DNA of 63,942 nt, counting the filler, from Pelomyxa schiedti (taxonomy: Eukaryota; Protista; Evosea), in NCBI GenBank assembly GCA_020536535.1. It is 11 parts of 11 records of this genome, joined end to end, with 100 filler letters (N's around TTAATTAATTAA, not from the genome) between each part and the next. Parts side by side here need not be neighbours in the genome. Positions count along the whole stretch, not along the records: positions 11,358 to 30,318 come from JAHLWZ010000015.1; positions 30,419 to 34,764 come from JAHLWZ010001605.1; positions 34,865 to 37,471 come from JAHLWZ010000504.1; 8 more parts are not named here. One strand, written 5' to 3'. Below the pieces are notes generated by a model. It worked only from the letters and a program-made list of their open reading frames with translations, did not search any database and had not been told where the DNA came from. Both the position numbers and the translations under genes were made by a program. Of the stretch, positions 24,546 through 35,697 are shown one piece after another. The stretch's first letter is position 1, and each line of letters opens with the position of its first letter.

Positions 24546-27126
24546 CTACAAATGAATTTTGTTCTTGATGAAGGTGCGACAATGAGGGCACTTTTTCATG
24601 ACTGTGGCACACTGTGTGTGTTTGTTGGATGTGGTTGTTAGGTTCGAGGGAAAAAAAAGGGTGATTCACACAGACAGACCTGGGAGCAGAGGACAACGTG
24701 GCCACAAGGCTGCAACTGCACGTCGGGTGGCCTCTCTTCACATTCCATGCAAACTGATGATGAAGGCAAGGCTGATGACGATGTTGATGCAGCAGTGCAT
24801 CCTGGGAGAGTTGTTCCTCCTGCTGTTGTTGTTGTTGATGACCTTGGTTGTTGTTGTTGCTGGCTGGAATGAGCATTGTCGTGGTGAAAGCCAGACGATG
24901 CGAAAGAGGCCGAGGATGACGTTGCCTTGGAAACCATGAGATCCACGATGGCTTGTTGAGACTGAGGGAGCAACTCAGAGAGCTGAGACCACACACAAGG
25001 CATCCCAATGAACCTCTCATCACCCTCCAACCCTCGCTGAAGCTTCCACTTGCCATTGTATTCCCTCAGGAGCTCTGTCCATTCTCTCTGTGTCTCCTCG
25101 ATGGCCTTGTGGAGTGTGCCTCCAATTGAAACCTGCTCAGACAGCTCCTTTGACAGAACCGTGTGTTTGTCGGCGAGCTTTGTGCACTCTGCAAACTGGC
25201 ACCTCTGGAGTTGTGCGAGTGTGTCTGAGAGAGTGCGCAGCAATTGGAATGGTGGTGTGAATGTATTATCACGTTGAAACTGTAGAAGAGGTTTCATCAG
25301 AATGTCATCCACAGTGTTAACATCATCACTCTCTGTGTTGTTTTATTTTGTTTGTCAAGTCAACAGATAATGAGTGTTTTTTTACCTTCTTCTTTCGGAC
25401 CAGTGTACGTTGAAGTGGCAGAGGACTTGATTCCCAAAACCTTTTTTGTGAGTGTTGAGATGTTCCTGGCACACTCCTGGATCTCAGACTCGCTGTTATG
25501 CACCGTCAGTGTCTGCCCAAGGAGCTTCTTGCATGCAGAATCTGATTCGTTGAGTTTCATCACCAGTGTTCCTTTCCGTTCAGTGAGTTTCTTCAGGTGC
25601 GATGCCAGTTCCTCGTTGGATTCTGTTGCTCTCTGGAGACTTTCATTCAGCTTTTTCACTGATTCATCAAGCAGGACGAACTCTGATGCGAAAGTCACCA
25701 ACTGAGACTGGAGCAACTTTGTTGATTCGAAAGCTTCCCTCAGTTCAGGATGGCTGGCGAGAACTGGCTTCCTTTCATCATCATCTTCTTCTTGGGTTTT
25801 TTGTAGTTTCTCTTGCAGTTGTTGGAGGTTTTTCTTCACTTGGTTGATTTGCTCACTGTGCTGTTCATTATTTCTTTCTGTGACTTGCTTTAAGTGGGAA
25901 AGGAACATGTGTCAGAAGCAATGAATTGGATTGTAAAGAGAGAGAGAGAGTAAGAGACACAGCACACACTTCCCAGTGTTCTTTGGCTGCTCTCATTTCT
26001 TCTTTCAGTTTTGCCTCAAGATCTCTTTTCTCTTTTTTCAGTTTCTGTATTTTTTATTTGTGAGCCAAGTTCAAAAAGAACTACACACCTCGATCTGTTC
26101 ATGGTGTTCAAACTGTGGAAGTGATGACCCCATTTGATGTTGGACTCCTGCACTTACACCTTGAAAGAGGTTGTTGTTGAGAGTTCCCTTCAGCATGCCA
26201 ACACCCCCAGATGGCGACTTGGATAGTGTCAGTGCACCCTCCCCATGGAGCTCACAATTGCTTCCACCACCCCCCTGGGGCACTTGTGTGAATGTGCCTT
26301 CAAACATGTCACCGTTTGGCCACCTCCTCATCCCCTTTGTTGGAACACCACCCTCCCACAACCCTGTGAACGACGAGCCATCCCTGCTCCACGTCTTTGT
26401 TCCTTCACCATGCTCCTTCCCCTGCACCCACTGGCCATCATACCTGTCACCGTTTGCCCACAGCCTCACACCCCGACCATGGAACACGTCATCCTTCCAC
26501 TCACCAACGTAACTCCCTCCTCCAGCACCAAACAGGATGCTCCCTGTTCCACATTTCTTGCCGTGATCGAATTGACCATGGTAGATGTCACCCGAGCCAT
26601 CAGGTGACTTCCACGTTCCCACACCGTGCCACTTGTTCCTGTCCCACTCACCCTCATACACTGTAACCACCATTTTTACTGTGGCCCCCCCCTTGGTTGT
26701 CATCCTCCTTTGCACACCCCACCCCTGCATGTCATTACCATTTGCAGTTGCGTTCCACACCCACTCGCCATCCCTCACATCCACACTGTTGCTGTGGTGC
26801 CACGTTCCCCTTTTCCAGTGGTCGTCCCTCCACAGCCCCTCGAGCCAGCTGCCATCGGTCCAGTGTGCCACACCCCACCCATCCCTCTTGTTGTTGAGCC
26901 ACTCTCCCTCGCAGGTGCCGCCATCGGACCACTTTAACACCCCTCGGCCCGTCATGGCTCCGTTGAGCCACACACCGTCGTACGTGACGCCGCTTGGCCA
27001 TTTTGCGGTGCCCCTGCCGTCGGGTTCGCCATCGACCACCCGACCAGTGTATGTCGTGCCAGGCATTACCAAAATGTTGTCAACAACCATTGTCACCACA
27101 CTGACGGCTTGTTTGTTTGCGGCCAT
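24546..27126 (-). CDS. MORN-repeat + coiled-coil + C-terminal RING (C3HC4) putative E3 ligase
   Basis: MORN exon 26071-27126; heptad-rich exons; CMEC...PCGHVVLCSQC....KCPHCR. Confidence 0.88.
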
Positions 27127-27304
27127 GGTTGATGGGGAAAAAAATGGTTGGTCTTAAGACACGATTCCAGTTTTGGGGTGGTTTCTACCCTGAAGCTTTT
27201 TCTCGTCATGCAGTACAAGGAAGAAAAAGGGAATCGCGGCCGACTACCATTGTCACAACTGCATGGTAATGCCTTGGTAATGCCAGGGGGGTGGTCGTTG
27301 TTTG

Positions 27305-28389
27305 TTATTTAAATAAGAAAGAGTGTTTTTTTAAGCAACTACAAATGAATTTTGTCCTTGATGAGGGTGCGACAATGAGGCACTTCTTCATCACTGCTGC
27401 ACACTGTTGTGTTGTAACTGTGATGAAAAAATGATGAAAGGGAAAAATAAAAATACAGACCTGGGAGCAGAGGACAACGTGGCCACAAGGCCGCAACTGC
27501 ACATCTGGTGGCCTCTCGTCACATTCCATGCAAACGTTGCTCTCATTGTTCTTGTGATTTGGTGATGATGTGGCAGTGCATCCTGGAAGAGTTGTCATTG
27601 ATGACAACCTTGGTTGTTGCTGCTGGCTGGACGTTGCCTTGGAAAGGCTCAACTCCACGATGGCTTGTTGAGCCTGAGGGAGCAACTCAGAGAGCTGAGA
27701 CCACACACAAGGCATCCCAATGAACCTCTCATCACCCTCCAACCCTCGCTGAACCTTCCACTTTCCTTTGTGTTCCCTCTGAAGCTCTGAACATTCTCTC
27801 TGTGTGTCCTCGATGGCCTTTTGGAGTGTGCCTCCAATTGAAACCTGCTCAGACAGCTCCTTTGACAGCACTGTGTGTTTGTCGGCGAGCTTTGTGCACT
27901 CTGCAAACTGGAACCTTCGGAGCTGTGCGAGTGTGTCAGTGAGAGCGCACAGCAACTGGAATGGTGGTGTGAAAGATGGATCACTTTGATGAAGCTGTGG
28001 TTCATTCACCAGCAGAGGTTTCATCAGAATGCCATCCACAGGGTTGTCATGATCACCCTCTGTGTTGTTTGTCAAATAAAAGTACTGTGTGCATTTTTGT
28101 TTTTACCTGCTTCTTCATTTGGAACCATCTCCATTTCTGAGGTTGATGTCAATGTGGAGGAGGACTTGATTCCCCATACTGTTTTTGTGAGTGTTGAGAT
28201 GTTCCTGGCACACTCCTGGATCTCAGGCTCGCTGTTTTGCACCGTCAGTGTCTGCCCAAGGACCTTCTTGCATGCGACATCTGATTCGTTGAGTTTCTTT
28301 TCCAATGTTGCCTTCAGATCAGTGAGTTCCTTCAGCCTTGATGCCAGTGCCTCGTTGCTTTCAGTGGCTCCTTGGAGTCTCTGCTTCAG
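27305..28389 (-). pseudogene. Tandem paralog of MORN-CC-RING, 3' part; RING end frameshifted
   Basis: Close similarity to 24546-25650; one C missing in the KCPHC codons. Confidence 0.75.
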
Positions 28390-28489
28390 NNNNNNNNNNN
28401 NNNNNNNNNNNNNNNNNNNNNNNNNNNNNNNNNNNNNNNNNNNNNNNNNNNNNNNNNNNNNNNNNNNNNNNNNNNNNNNNNNNNNNNNN

Positions 28490-29909
28490 AGGCAGATATG
28501 CAGGTCACCTCACCTTTGGGAACTGGAAGTTATGGAACAGTTTTCAGGTGCAGACACATCCCGTCAGGAAGAGATGTCGCAGTGAAAGCACTTCATGAGG
28601 CAATCATGTCGGACTACAATTCTGAGCGGTTCAGGCTGGAAGCAGAGGTTTGTTCCGACCTACCAACAGGGTTTCAAACAATACCAAAATAGATTGTGAG
28701 TGGATTGCGGCATCCCAATATTGTGAAGTGCATTGGTACATGTATCACAGGTGCCGGGAGACTAAATATTGTGTCTGAACTTAAGTGTTGTAGTCTCAAG
28801 CAACTCCTTAAAAATGTTGACTACCGCGAAAATACCATTACTAATCACCGCTAACAGAAATATCTGAACTTCAAGGAAGTAGTAGCTGTTTCAATGGGAG
28901 TATCAAAAGGAATGGATAGCCTTCATAGGTGTATATATTACGCAGTTCAGATTCTCATTCACTCAAAAAGGCAAAATTATATGCACCGGGATTTGAGCAG
29001 CAACAATGTTCTTATGGATTCTGATGGAACTCCAAAAATCTGTGATTTTGGTCTGTTTTCCTCTCAATCTCATGTATGGATGACCACCTTCAGGTGTGTC
29101 ACGTGGAATTACCCCCCAACAGCAGCCGCAGACTATTGTCCCTGGAACACAAGCCCACATGGCTCCACAAATGTTCACAAATCACAAGGTTGAAGCTTCC
29201 CTCTTGTTTTTTTTTTCCACTCAATGGTTAAAAGGGGACATGTGGGGATTTGGTATTCTGATGACTGAAATGATTAATGGCGGATTTGTTGACTCCACCT
29301 TTGACACGGTTCCTCTGAGTTTGCACGCTACCTTCATGAATGAACAAAAGGGCCAGCTGTTACCACCCGATGCCAGCGGTTCTCTCCCCTGATTCAATTC
29401 CAACTGCCTTCTAACAACAACAAAGAGGTGGACAGACTCTGCTCCGAAGCGAACCAGATTACCTTTGCCCACTGCCTCAGCCGGCGGTCCGCTTCTTTAG
29501 AAACAGTTTACAATATTCTGCACTCACCGAAATCTCCTCTGCTGTCTGATGGACAAATCCCCGGAACTGCCACCGACATGCTCTTATTTGTCCTTCAGTC
29601 ATGCCTCTCGATTCTTGGTTTGTTTCCATAGAATCCCTACAAACAAAACACGAATACATCAAAAAAAAAACAAAAACCACCCCATTCAAAACTAACCATC
29701 CCTAACACATAGAGAGGAACCGGATTCCAGTCACTGTGATTTCCAAGCTCCTCTTTTGCTGCTGCACAGAGGCTGCTATACACGACACTGTAAATAGCAC
29801 ACAACCAATCCCACCAACAGCAGTTACAGACGACCAAGTAACTGACAGCATCACACACTGGCTCTCATCCCTCTCCCCTTTCATACAAAAAGCTTCACAA
29901 CTAGTGTAA
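28490..29909 (+). CDS. Kinase half of a gene-B paralog/allele (gene D), partial
   Basis: Near-identical to 17661-19080 including introns and downstream intergenic sequence. Confidence 0.85.
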
Positions 29910-30019
29910 CAACTATCCTCTAACTTATAAAATAATGGATTTAATTCCAATGAGCTAATCTAATAATCCTCGCCACCAACACTTCGAATCTGTTGTGCTC
30001 AGACCCAAGTTGAGCGATT

Positions 30020-30157
30020 CCATAATCCCTCGTACGACTTGCCCGCCGCCACCCAGGTGTACGTCCCGAGGCCGTCGAACTTGCCAGCCTTCCAAGACCC
30101 GTTGTATTTGTCACCCTCGGCGGTCGTCAGCGTTCCTTGTCCTTGTTGTTTTCCTTC
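30020..30157 (-). pseudogene. Inverted MORN gene fragment (gene C-like)
   Basis: GKQQGQGTLTTAEGDKYNGSWKAGKFDGLGTYTW, reverse orientation of ~19395-19530. Confidence 0.85.
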
Positions 30158-30418
30158 TAATCGCTTAATTATTTTCTTCCTTCTGGGGTCCGTGTGAGTA
30201 CCACACCATGCCAGAACGTGGCTGTTGGTCGCCTCAATCCTTACGGAGCTCGTGGTACTCATGGAACTTTAAAAAAAAATTTTTTTTTTTTGCCTGGTCC
30301 GAAATGGACATCAGGCCANNNNNNNNNNNNNNNNNNNNNNNNNNNNNNNNNNNNNNNNNNNNTTAATTAATTAANNNNNNNNNNNNNNNNNNNNNNNNNN
30401 NNNNNNNNNNNNNNNNNN

Positions 30419-31711
30419 CTTTAGCATATCTTCCAGCTCTTTGGTAATGATGCGCTCCTCCTTTTGTGAAAATTTCTTTGCGGGTCTGTAGACTGGTGTG
30501 CATACTTTCGTGGGTATGTGGTGCTGTAGTAATGTGGTTCTGCCTAACTTTGCCTTATCATTAGTGAGGATGCTGGAATATTTTTGCTGCAGTGTTATGA
30601 ACTTTTCTGTTTGATTGTGGTCCAGGTTGTCCCACTGGATGTCAGCGGTTCTCCAATCCTCAATTGGCCCAACTTCTACACATGTCTTCTCCTTTGCATG
30701 TGTTTCCTCTTCCTCATCTGGCTCTTCTTCTGCGATGAGGCATGTGGCTGCATCTTCTGCGATATCTTTGGTACTCTGCTTTTCTTCCTCTATCCTCCTC
30801 ACTCTAATACAGGCTGTGGCAGCATGAACGCTGGGAATGGAGTGGGTTTCCACTGCAATTGCCTGCCCTTTGTTCAACTGGATGATCTCCCTGCTGCTGT
30901 TAGTGAGTAGTACTCTTCCGGTACGGTTGCCATCAATCTCCAGGTTTGCCTGCATGCTGTGCACCATTCCCCTTGGGTGCACCAATGTTCTGATGTGTAG
31001 AGTCCCATGGCATCTCGTGGATTGTTAGATATGGCATCCACTTCTACTGACATTCCCGGAAACAGCACGGTATTGCTCATTGCTGTTAACACAGATTTCT
31101 CCTTCTTTCTGTCACCCTCAAACTTCTTGACACAGTTGCCACAACGTTGCTCCTAACTTTGTGAGCAGATCCAGACCGCCGAGAATTTGAACTGGGCAGT
31201 TGTTCATTATTACAAATCTATGTGCTGTCCGCACCTTGCAGACTTTCACCTTGAGAACAGTGCTACCGGTAATCTCTGCCTTTCCTCCTACTCCGCTAAC
31301 ACTTCCACACCAAGGTTCTCTGACCAAGTGCCGATCCCAGCTCTGCAAAACTCTGAATGCGTGCTCATCAATGAGCGAAAGATTTGCACATGAATCGAGG
31401 GTAATTATTGCATGCGTCCTGCCCACGTTGCCTCTTACACTGGGCAAGGCGACCTCTTCTCTTGTACCCAGGTATTCCAATACACTCCCATACTTTGCAT
31501 GTGACTTGGTATCGAGATTGATGTTGGAATTATTTTGGGAGTGCCTGGGTCTGTCCACTACAGGGTAAGATTGCGTGCACATCTGCATATCTGTATTAAC
31601 GTCCTGTAGGGCGTATAATGAGGTCTTTGAGACTGTTGATATGGGCATGTCAGTCTGGAGAAGGCTGACATGAGGGCCCCCTTCGACGCAACTGTGATGC
31701 TCGTGGCCCTC
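30419..31711 (-). pseudogene. pol: Pol N-terminus (protease LDSCA, spacer domain, pre-RT) with frameshifts
   Basis: LDSCANLSLI...ILGGLDLL; LGRTTLLQHHIPT...P pre-RT motif; split across three frames. Confidence 0.85.
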
Positions 31712-31834
31712 CTACCACAAGCCGGCACAGTGCAGCCTATGCAAGATGAGTAAGTAACCTCGTTCTCTAAATATAAGTCGTGAATGTATAGAAGGGCTTT
31801 GAAAAAACAATTCTTATTTTTCTAACTTAAAACA

Positions 31835-33403
31835 TTAGGAATGGCCAGTACTGGGAGTACTTGCGGCGTCTCTCATTGATTTCAGGTCGTTCTCTAGCAC
31901 ACGCACCCTCTTACCATGCTCCTCCGGGTGTTGGTGAGCCCAGACTGGGCAAGAGAACTTGCTATGTACTGTTAGCTTCTGTGGGCTCGAGAATAAGTCC
32001 CACAGAGGAAGAAAACGAGTGAGAGTGAAGAGAATAAAGAGTGTTCTCTTGTTTGTTTGGTCGTTGTTGTGAAGGGGATAAAAAGGGAGTGTGTAAAATC
32101 TCGCAGAGTGGTTGTGCGATTGGGTTAAAAGGCTGCGATGTTCAAATGGATTCTCGGACAAGTGTGCATGTAATCAAAACCGCCTGCCGCGTTGTTGTTG
32201 CTGTATTTGTGCGCCCAGCTGCGCTGTGCGCTGATCATTACCTTCACTGTCTCATTCTGGTAATAGTCCAGATTCGGCTCAGTCCTCAGTCTCTCCAATC
32301 CCGCTAAAGTGCGCCAGACTTCAGAGCCTCGCGAGCAAGGCCAAGTTCGTGTACTTTGTGGAAGTACACAGTACGCTGCTGTTTCCACAGAATCGGCATG
32401 GGTGGAAACAGTTCCTCCACTCATGTCCCCCTCGTCCACAGTTAGTGCATCTCATCCCCCTGCCCTGGGGCCGGAACGACCTCTGATTTCCTTGAAAATT
32501 TTGCCCCGATTGGGCACCTGAATCTGTTGATGCCCCGTGTGCTGTTGTCGTCGGTGCTGGAGTTGGTGGGATCAGCGGAGGTGTGCTGGTCGACGTGCTC
32601 GTAGTAGCCGTTGTGGTGCACTGCCCCATGGTTGCCCCTCCGTTCGTGTTGAGGTGGCTCAGTGCCTCAGCCAACAATACTGCCACTTGTTTAGCAGTGT
32701 AAGTGTTGCCTCGTCCACGCTTCGTTGCCAGCTCCTCAGCGTCGTCACTCTCATCCTTCTTTGTGGTCAGGACTTTACCCTTCTTCATCTCGTGGTCTTC
32801 CTTCCATGCTAGCACTGCCTCCCTCTGCCCTGCCAGCTTGATCATCTCTTTCACAGACTTTGGTTGCATTGAGCTCACCCATACCTTCAGGTTGCTCTTC
32901 AGTGAGTTCGTTATGTGTTCCAACATCTCAATTTCGTCCATGTGAGGCTCCACTGCGTGCCACTTCTGCACCATCTTCTTGATGAAGAACTTCACTGGCT
33001 GCCCTGGCTTTTGGGTCTTCTTTGTGAGTGCTGCCTTGTATGCCATCTTGTCAGAAGCTGAAACAAATTCATCCATAAACTGCCGGAGTAACTCCTTGAA
33101 TGACTTCCCTTCTGAATCAACTGATGCCAGCCAGCGGGTTGCTGCTCCCTCAATGGAGGATCGGAATATAGAGATGGCCTCTTCATCATTCCAGTCCTCA
33201 CTGCTGGCCCTGTCCTGGAATCGAGTGAGCCACTTCAAGAGTTCCCCTGTCCCTGCCTTGTCAGGGTTGCACAAGTTAATCTTCTTCTTTGCCACTCGTG
33301 GGGCAAGAGAGGTGGCCAGGGTGTCGTTCAGCTTTTCCAGAGCATCTGTAAGTGCCTTGTTGGACGTCTTTGGTGCCTCATAGCTGTCTCCTTCGTCTCC
33401 CAT
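31835..33403 (-). pseudogene. gag: Gag with two zinc knuckles, interrupted by solo LTR
   Basis: WLTRF..., QKPGQPV, CTNCGRGGHEWRNC; second knuckle restored by removing the insert. Confidence 0.9.
31970..32370 (-). mobile_element. Solo LTR (401 bp) with 4-bp TSD GTAC
   Basis: TGT...ACA termini; GTAC at 31966-31969 and 32371-32374; terminus nearly identical to host LTR end. Confidence 0.9.
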
Positions 33404-33427
33404 GGCTTGAAAATGAAACCCGCAAAA

Positions 33428-33436
33428 CCTCCACCA
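33428..33436 (-). promoter_or_regulatory. Primer binding site, tRNA-Ala-like
   Basis: TGGTGGAGG 3 nt after LTR CA. Confidence 0.65.
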
Positions 33437-33439
33437 ATT

Positions 33440-33823
33440 TGTGTGCTTTTGTGTGTAACAAGAATTTAATAATGATAATGTTTTGGTTTATTTCGTGTAG
33501 TGTTGGTGTGTTCTTATTGCTTTTTACTTTGTGTGTGTTGTCAGGTGGATTTGAGCCTGGCTTAAAAGGACATGCTTGTTCTAGAAGGTTCCAACAGCCA
33601 CGTGGTCCAGAGTATTGGGGGGACCAATTTTCAACGCAGCCGATCCAACGGCTTGAGGATTATCAACGGCAGCTGCTTGTGCTAGCCCCGCCATGTGATA
33701 TTTACTCTTGGCCTCCATTTCCAGTAACCATCACAAATCTGCAAGTCAAGATCAGATCTCTCACCCCCGAGATGATCAGATTCCTCCGACTCAGTGAGTT
33801 CGTGTACTTTATGGAAGTACACA
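33440..33823 (-). repeat. 5' LTR of second element (384 bp)
   Basis: TG..CA, bounded by PBS and by abrupt resumption of MORN gene sequence. Confidence 0.85.
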
Positions 33824-34240
33824 CCACCCCTGCATGTCATGACCATTTGCAGTTGCGTTACACACCCACTCACCATCCCTCACATCCACACCGTTGTTGT
33901 AGTGCCATGTTCCCCTTTTCCAGTGGTCGTCCCTCCACAGCCCCTCAAACCAGGTGCCATCAGCACAGTGTTCCACACCCCACCCATCCCTCTTGCCATT
34001 GAGCCACTCTCCCTCGTGGGTTTCACCATTGTGCCACTTGTACACCCCTCAGCCCATCATGGCTCCGTTGAGCCACACACCGTCGTACGTGCTGCCGCTT
34101 GGCCATTTTATGGTGCCCCTGCCGTCAGGTTTGCCATCGACCACCCGACCAGTGTATGTCGCACCACCACCAGGCAACACTGACGTGTCATCGACAACCA
34201 TGGTCGCAGCACCCACTCGTTGGTTGGTTGCAGCTGCCAT
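33824..34240 (-). pseudogene. MORN(-CC-RING) paralog 5' part, truncated by retrotransposon; in-frame TGA
   Basis: Homologous to 26720-27126; CGA>TGA at 34049-34051. Confidence 0.88.
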
Positions 34241-34864
34241 GACGGTGATGAAGAGGACAAATGGATTCTCTTCTGATGACAAAAGAAACAACAACAATGC
34301 TGGGAGCATTGCGGCAACAACAACAAGGTGAGGCTGAAAACACGTTTGTTACCTTCCACTGCTTCTCAGTCCCGGAATCACTCTTCTTGGACACCACCCC
34401 TGCATCTCAAGTTGCATTCCACCCTCACTCGCCATCTATCACATCCAGGCCATTGTTCTTTCCAACAATAATTATTAATAATCAATGTCTGAATCCCCTC
34501 CTCCTTCTATCAAGGATTGGTTTCTTCAATCTGTTCCCTCCTGTTTCCTCCTTCTATCAAGGGCAGTATCCTCCTCCACTTCTGTCAAGGAGCAAAACCC
34601 TTGTCTGGCCTCCTCCTTCTTTCAAGGAGCCAGCACCTAAGCACTTGCCAACCCAGTCAGGCTTTTGCCAGAAAACCAGGCTTCGTCTGGCTTACTCCTT
34701 TTCAGAAATGCCTGCTCATTTGTGGGTTTTGGGGGATGAAACTCTCATTTCGTTTCAATAAGTTNNNNNNNNNNNNNNNNNNNNNNNNNNNNNNNNNNNN
34801 NNNNNNNNTTAATTAATTAANNNNNNNNNNNNNNNNNNNNNNNNNNNNNNNNNNNNNNNNNNNN

Positions 34865-35597
34865 GAGAGAGAAAGAGAAGTGGGACCAGACAGTGTCAAG
34901 AGAACCACACAGCCAGAGGGTGATGACGTCCGCACCAGTGGCCTCATCTGTCACGTGTATTTCTTTTCGTTCTAAGGCACAAATGGTGGGGTTGGGTATT
35001 TCCCGCACCTGGAAAAGGAGGCCACCCTCAACAAAAGCCTGACTCGTGGTGCACCCACTCAGGCACTGCTGTTTCCTCACTGGCTCGCTGCCTGTGTTAT
35101 TCACATCCCACACTGAGTAGCAAGTGACAGGGAAGTCGGAATCGTCATCCATGACACAGAACTGTGACTGGCTAACCTGTGACACACGCAAATCTGCGAA
35201 AGATCTCTCGCTCTCTAGAAATGCTCTTCCCAGTTTGCCAGTTCCCTCCTCAATGGTGATGAAGTAGCCACCTTCCCTAGCACCTTCCCTCATGACAAAC
35301 AAGTGATTCGTGGAGCCACCACCACCCTCACAGTGTTGTTTTCTGAACACATGATAGTGCTTGCTTACAAAGCTCTCAAAGCGACCCAAGGATGGAGGAA
35401 GGTCACTCAATCTTGGCACAGTTGAACTCAGCACAGCAAGTCTCTCGGACGAGCAAGTTTCCACAAGGTCAACCAAGACGAACTCAAAGAATGTGGGGTC
35501 AGTCTCCGCATCATGGCAGCACAGCAAAACGTGGTTCTCATTGATGACTCCCACGAACTGAGGAGCACAGATCTTCCACCTTGGGTCAATTTTCACA
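34865..35597 (-). CDS. ARxQ/RCG family member, 3' part (copy without the deletion)
   Basis: Near-identical to 35698-36240 plus ~60 extra codons. Confidence 0.75.
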
Positions 35598-35697
35598 NNN
35601 NNNNNNNNNNNNNNNNNNNNNNNNNNNNNNNNNNNNNNNNNNNNNNNNNNNNNNNNNNNNNNNNNNNNNNNNNNNNNNNNNNNNNNNNNNNNNNNNN

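Larger units (their letters stand above)
30419..33823 (-). mobile_element. Second Ty3/Gypsy-like LTR retrotransposon (5' part, degenerate)
   Basis: LTR-PBS-gag-protease-RT start; sits inside a MORN gene. Confidence 0.9.
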
